Positions 30,485 to 32,000 of a DNA stretch of 32,000 bases are shown piece after piece. The DNA is from Geotalea daltonii FRC-32. Lineage in GTDB: Bacteria > Desulfobacterota > Desulfuromonadia > Geobacterales > Geobacteraceae. The position numbers and the translations under genes are program-made. Position 1 is the first letter of the stretch, and each line of letters starts with the position of its first letter. The stretch covers positions 1,260,001-1,292,000 of the forward strand of contig NC_011979.1 of the NCBI RefSeq assembly GCF_000022265.1. The letters are read 5' to 3'. The notes beneath the pieces are model-generated. The model worked only from the letters and a program-made list of their open reading frames with translations. It had not been told where the DNA came from and did no database searches.

Positions 30485-32000
30485 ATGGCATTCATCAGTC
30501 TTAAAACCAAGATGTCCGTTGCCGTTTCCCTGCTGGTGATCGCATTGGTTGGTGCGCTGGCCCTCTCCCTGTTCTCTTATTTTGAGAACCAGACAAAAAA
30601 GTCCATTGCCCAACACCAGGCAGTTCTCATATCGGGAATTGCCGATGATATTGACGACAAGATCCTGCGCTCCCTTAATGCGCTCATCTCGGTGGCAAAG
30701 ACCATTTCCCCCGACATCATCAATGATCCGGAAAAGGCGCAGATATTCCTGGACAAACGACCGGGCACCCATTCCATATTCGATAACGGGCTTTTCCTTT
30801 TCTCTGCCGATGGCAAAATCATCGCCGAGAGCCCATATCGCCCGGGACGAAGGGGGCGGGACATCTCCTTTCGCGACTATTATAAAAAAACAGTGGCCAC
30901 CCAGAGGCCGCAAATTTCCGATCCATATCTTTCCACCCATAATCCTGGAAAACCGGCCATTATCCTCACTGTCCCTGTTTTTGATTCCAGCGGTCGTTTG
31001 CAAGCCATTTTTGCCGGCAGCCTCGATCTGACAAAGCAGAACTTTCTCGGCAAACTTTCACACATCAGGCTGGGCAGAACGGGCTATCTTTTTCTCTTTA
31101 CCACCGATGGCACTTTTGTCATGCATCCTGATCCAGGGAGGATCTTAAGGCCTGGTACCCTGATCGGGAGCAGCTTTTTCCACATGGCTGCCAACGGTTT
31201 CGAAGGGACCAAGGAAAGGGAAAATTCACGGGGCATCCGCGTTCTAACAACCTACAGGCATCTGCGTGCCACCAACTGGATCCTCGGCGCAAACTACCCT
31301 CTCAAGGAAGCCTATGCTCCGGTGGAGCAAGCAAAGTTTTATGTCGCATTGGCCTCTTTTTTCGGCATCATTCTTTCCATTCTGGTCGTCTGGCTTGGCA
31401 TGAGGTACCTGACCATGCCTCTGCTGAACATGGCCCGACATATCAGGAGCATGCACGGTGAGCCGGGTAAAACATCCCCGGTGGAGGTACTGTCGGAGGA
31501 CGAAATAGGCGAACTGGGGTTGGCATTTAACGATCTGCTGGACCGTGTGGGAAAAGAACAGGAAGCATTGCGCGAAGCCGTGCTGACTGCAAAAAATGAA
31601 CGGGCCAAATCGGAGGCGATCGTTGCCGCCCTGGGCGATGGCATGAGCATGGTTGATACAGACTTCAAGGTCCTGTACCAGAATAAGGTTCACCAGACCT
31701 TGGCTGGTGGGGAATTCATCGGCAGCTACTGTTATCAGGCATTCGAAGGCAAGGATGCTCCCTGCAGCGGCTGCCCGGTGGCAATGTCCTTTGCCGATGG
31801 TTTAGTACATACGGCGGAACGGGTCGTTGAGCGGGACGGAGAAAAACTGTACCTGGAAATAACTGCCTCCCCACTTTTTGATTACGATGGCCGGATAAAC
31901 GCCGGTATCGAGGTGGTGCGGAATATTTCCAGGAGGAAGCAGATGGAATCAGCCATTGAACAGATGGCTTTTCACGATGCACTGACCGGCCTTCCCAACA
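30485..32000 (+). CDS. Cache-HAMP-PAS-GGDEF sensor diguanylate cyclase, 5' part (runs off the right edge)
   Basis: Absent from the ORF track because there is no stop in the window. ATG at 30485 follows GGAAGGAAAGGA. The frame is open for 505 codons to the window end. TM1 is MAFISLKTKMSVAVSLLVIALVGALALSLF. The Cache signature is ISDPYLSTHNPGKPAIILTVPVFDSSGRLQAIFAGSLDL. A second TM segment (TM2) follows. The HAMP region is LTMPLLNMARHIRSM...EDEIGELGLAFNDLLDRV. The PAS region is IVAALGDGMSMVDTDFKVLYQN...GIEVVRNISRRK. The GGDEF domain begins at AFHDALTGLPN at the edge. Confidence 0.8.
   Translation, partial: MAFISLKTKMSVAVSLLVIALVGALALSLFSYFENQTKKSIAQHQAVLISGIADDIDDKILRSLNALISVAKTISPDIINDPEKAQIFLDKRPGTHSIFDNGLFLFSADGKIIAESPYRPGRRGRDISFRDYYKKTVATQRPQISDPYLSTHNPGKPAIILTVPVFDSSGRLQAIFAGSLDLTKQNFLGKLSHIRLGRTGYLFLFTTDGTFVMHPDPGRILRPGTLIGSSFFHMAANGFEGTKERENSRGIRVLTTYRHLRATNWILGANYPLKEAYAPVEQAKFYVALASFFGIILSILVVWLGMRYLTMPLLNMARHIRSMHGEPGKTSPVEVLSEDEIGELGLAFNDLLDRVGKEQEALREAVLTAKNERAKSEAIVAALGDGMSMVDTDFKVLYQNKVHQTLAGGEFIGSYCYQAFEGKDAPCSGCPVAMSFADGLVHTAERVVERDGEKLYLEITASPLFDYDGRINAGIEVVRNISRRKQMESAIEQMAFHDALTGLPN

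Noticed and set aside
30110-31003. 297-aa minus-strand ORF, plus the plus-strand 30549-31031 ORF
   Set aside because: The first is antisense, and the second out of frame, relative to the PilZ-like ORF and the Cache-HAMP-PAS-GGDEF gene. That gene is open to the window end and carries clear domain signatures.
1-32000. Scan for tRNA, rRNA, CRISPR arrays, IS elements, integrases, toxin-antitoxin pairs or known defence-system genes
   Set aside because: None was found by eye. No cloverleaf-like sequences, no regularly spaced direct repeats and no nuclease, ATPase or methylase gene clusters were seen. A dedicated tool (tRNAscan, Infernal, CRISPR finders, defence-system HMMs) would be needed to exclude small RNAs rigorously.

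Overview
This is a 32-kb, high-GC bacterial chromosomal segment. Its gene content and protein sequences look Desulfuromonadota-like (Geobacter/Pelobacter type), but that taxonomic guess is inference only. I can support 33 protein-coding genes. Three are absent from the supplied ORF track: a left-edge partial secreted protein (minus strand, 1-279), a 59-aa Cys-rich ORF (4847-5026), and a right-edge partial Cache-HAMP-PAS-GGDEF diguanylate cyclase (30485 to window end). The content is a mosaic of housekeeping and stress or accessory genes. It includes PolX, a PLP-dependent group II decarboxylase, a GNAT and two MFS transporters. It also includes a VOC-DoxX-SodC cluster next to a TetR gene, a cupin, a YiaD-like OmpA lipoprotein and a TauE/SafE exporter. 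Further genes are a PNPOx-family protein, a divergent AraC plus YqhD pair, a small lipoprotein, a hotdog thioesterase, a long-form GAPDH, an acyl-CoA synthetase, an MBL hydrolase and a PEBP. The remainder are FkpA-like and SlyD-like PPIases, a hybrid sensor kinase, GuaC, a J-domain protein, Dus, DUF3820 and a PilZ-like protein. I saw no rRNA, tRNA, CRISPR array, transposase, integrase or recognisable defence system. The most notable observations are: (1) A single-domain rhodanese gene carries an in-frame TGA exactly at the active-site loop (FYCA-TGA-PTEH). The TGA is followed by a GGUC-loop hairpin at SECIS-like spacing and by an intact in-frame C-terminal half, so it is a candidate selenocysteine recoding event. 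(2) A family of ~120-bp MITE-like inverted-repeat elements brackets the TauE gene, with compensatory changes in a central hairpin, and an unrelated 167-bp long palindrome lies elsewhere. (3) A TGGACC-N4-GGTCC palindrome is present on both sides of the TetR gene. (4) The SlyD-like PPIase has an internal Cys/Asp/His-rich cluster encoded by a 21-bp tandem repeat. (5) The J-domain protein has a C-terminus made of three MshEN/T2SSE_N-like 24-residue motifs. (6) A terminator lies in a perfect 53-bp tandem duplication. All functional calls come from reading motifs by eye. No database search was possible.
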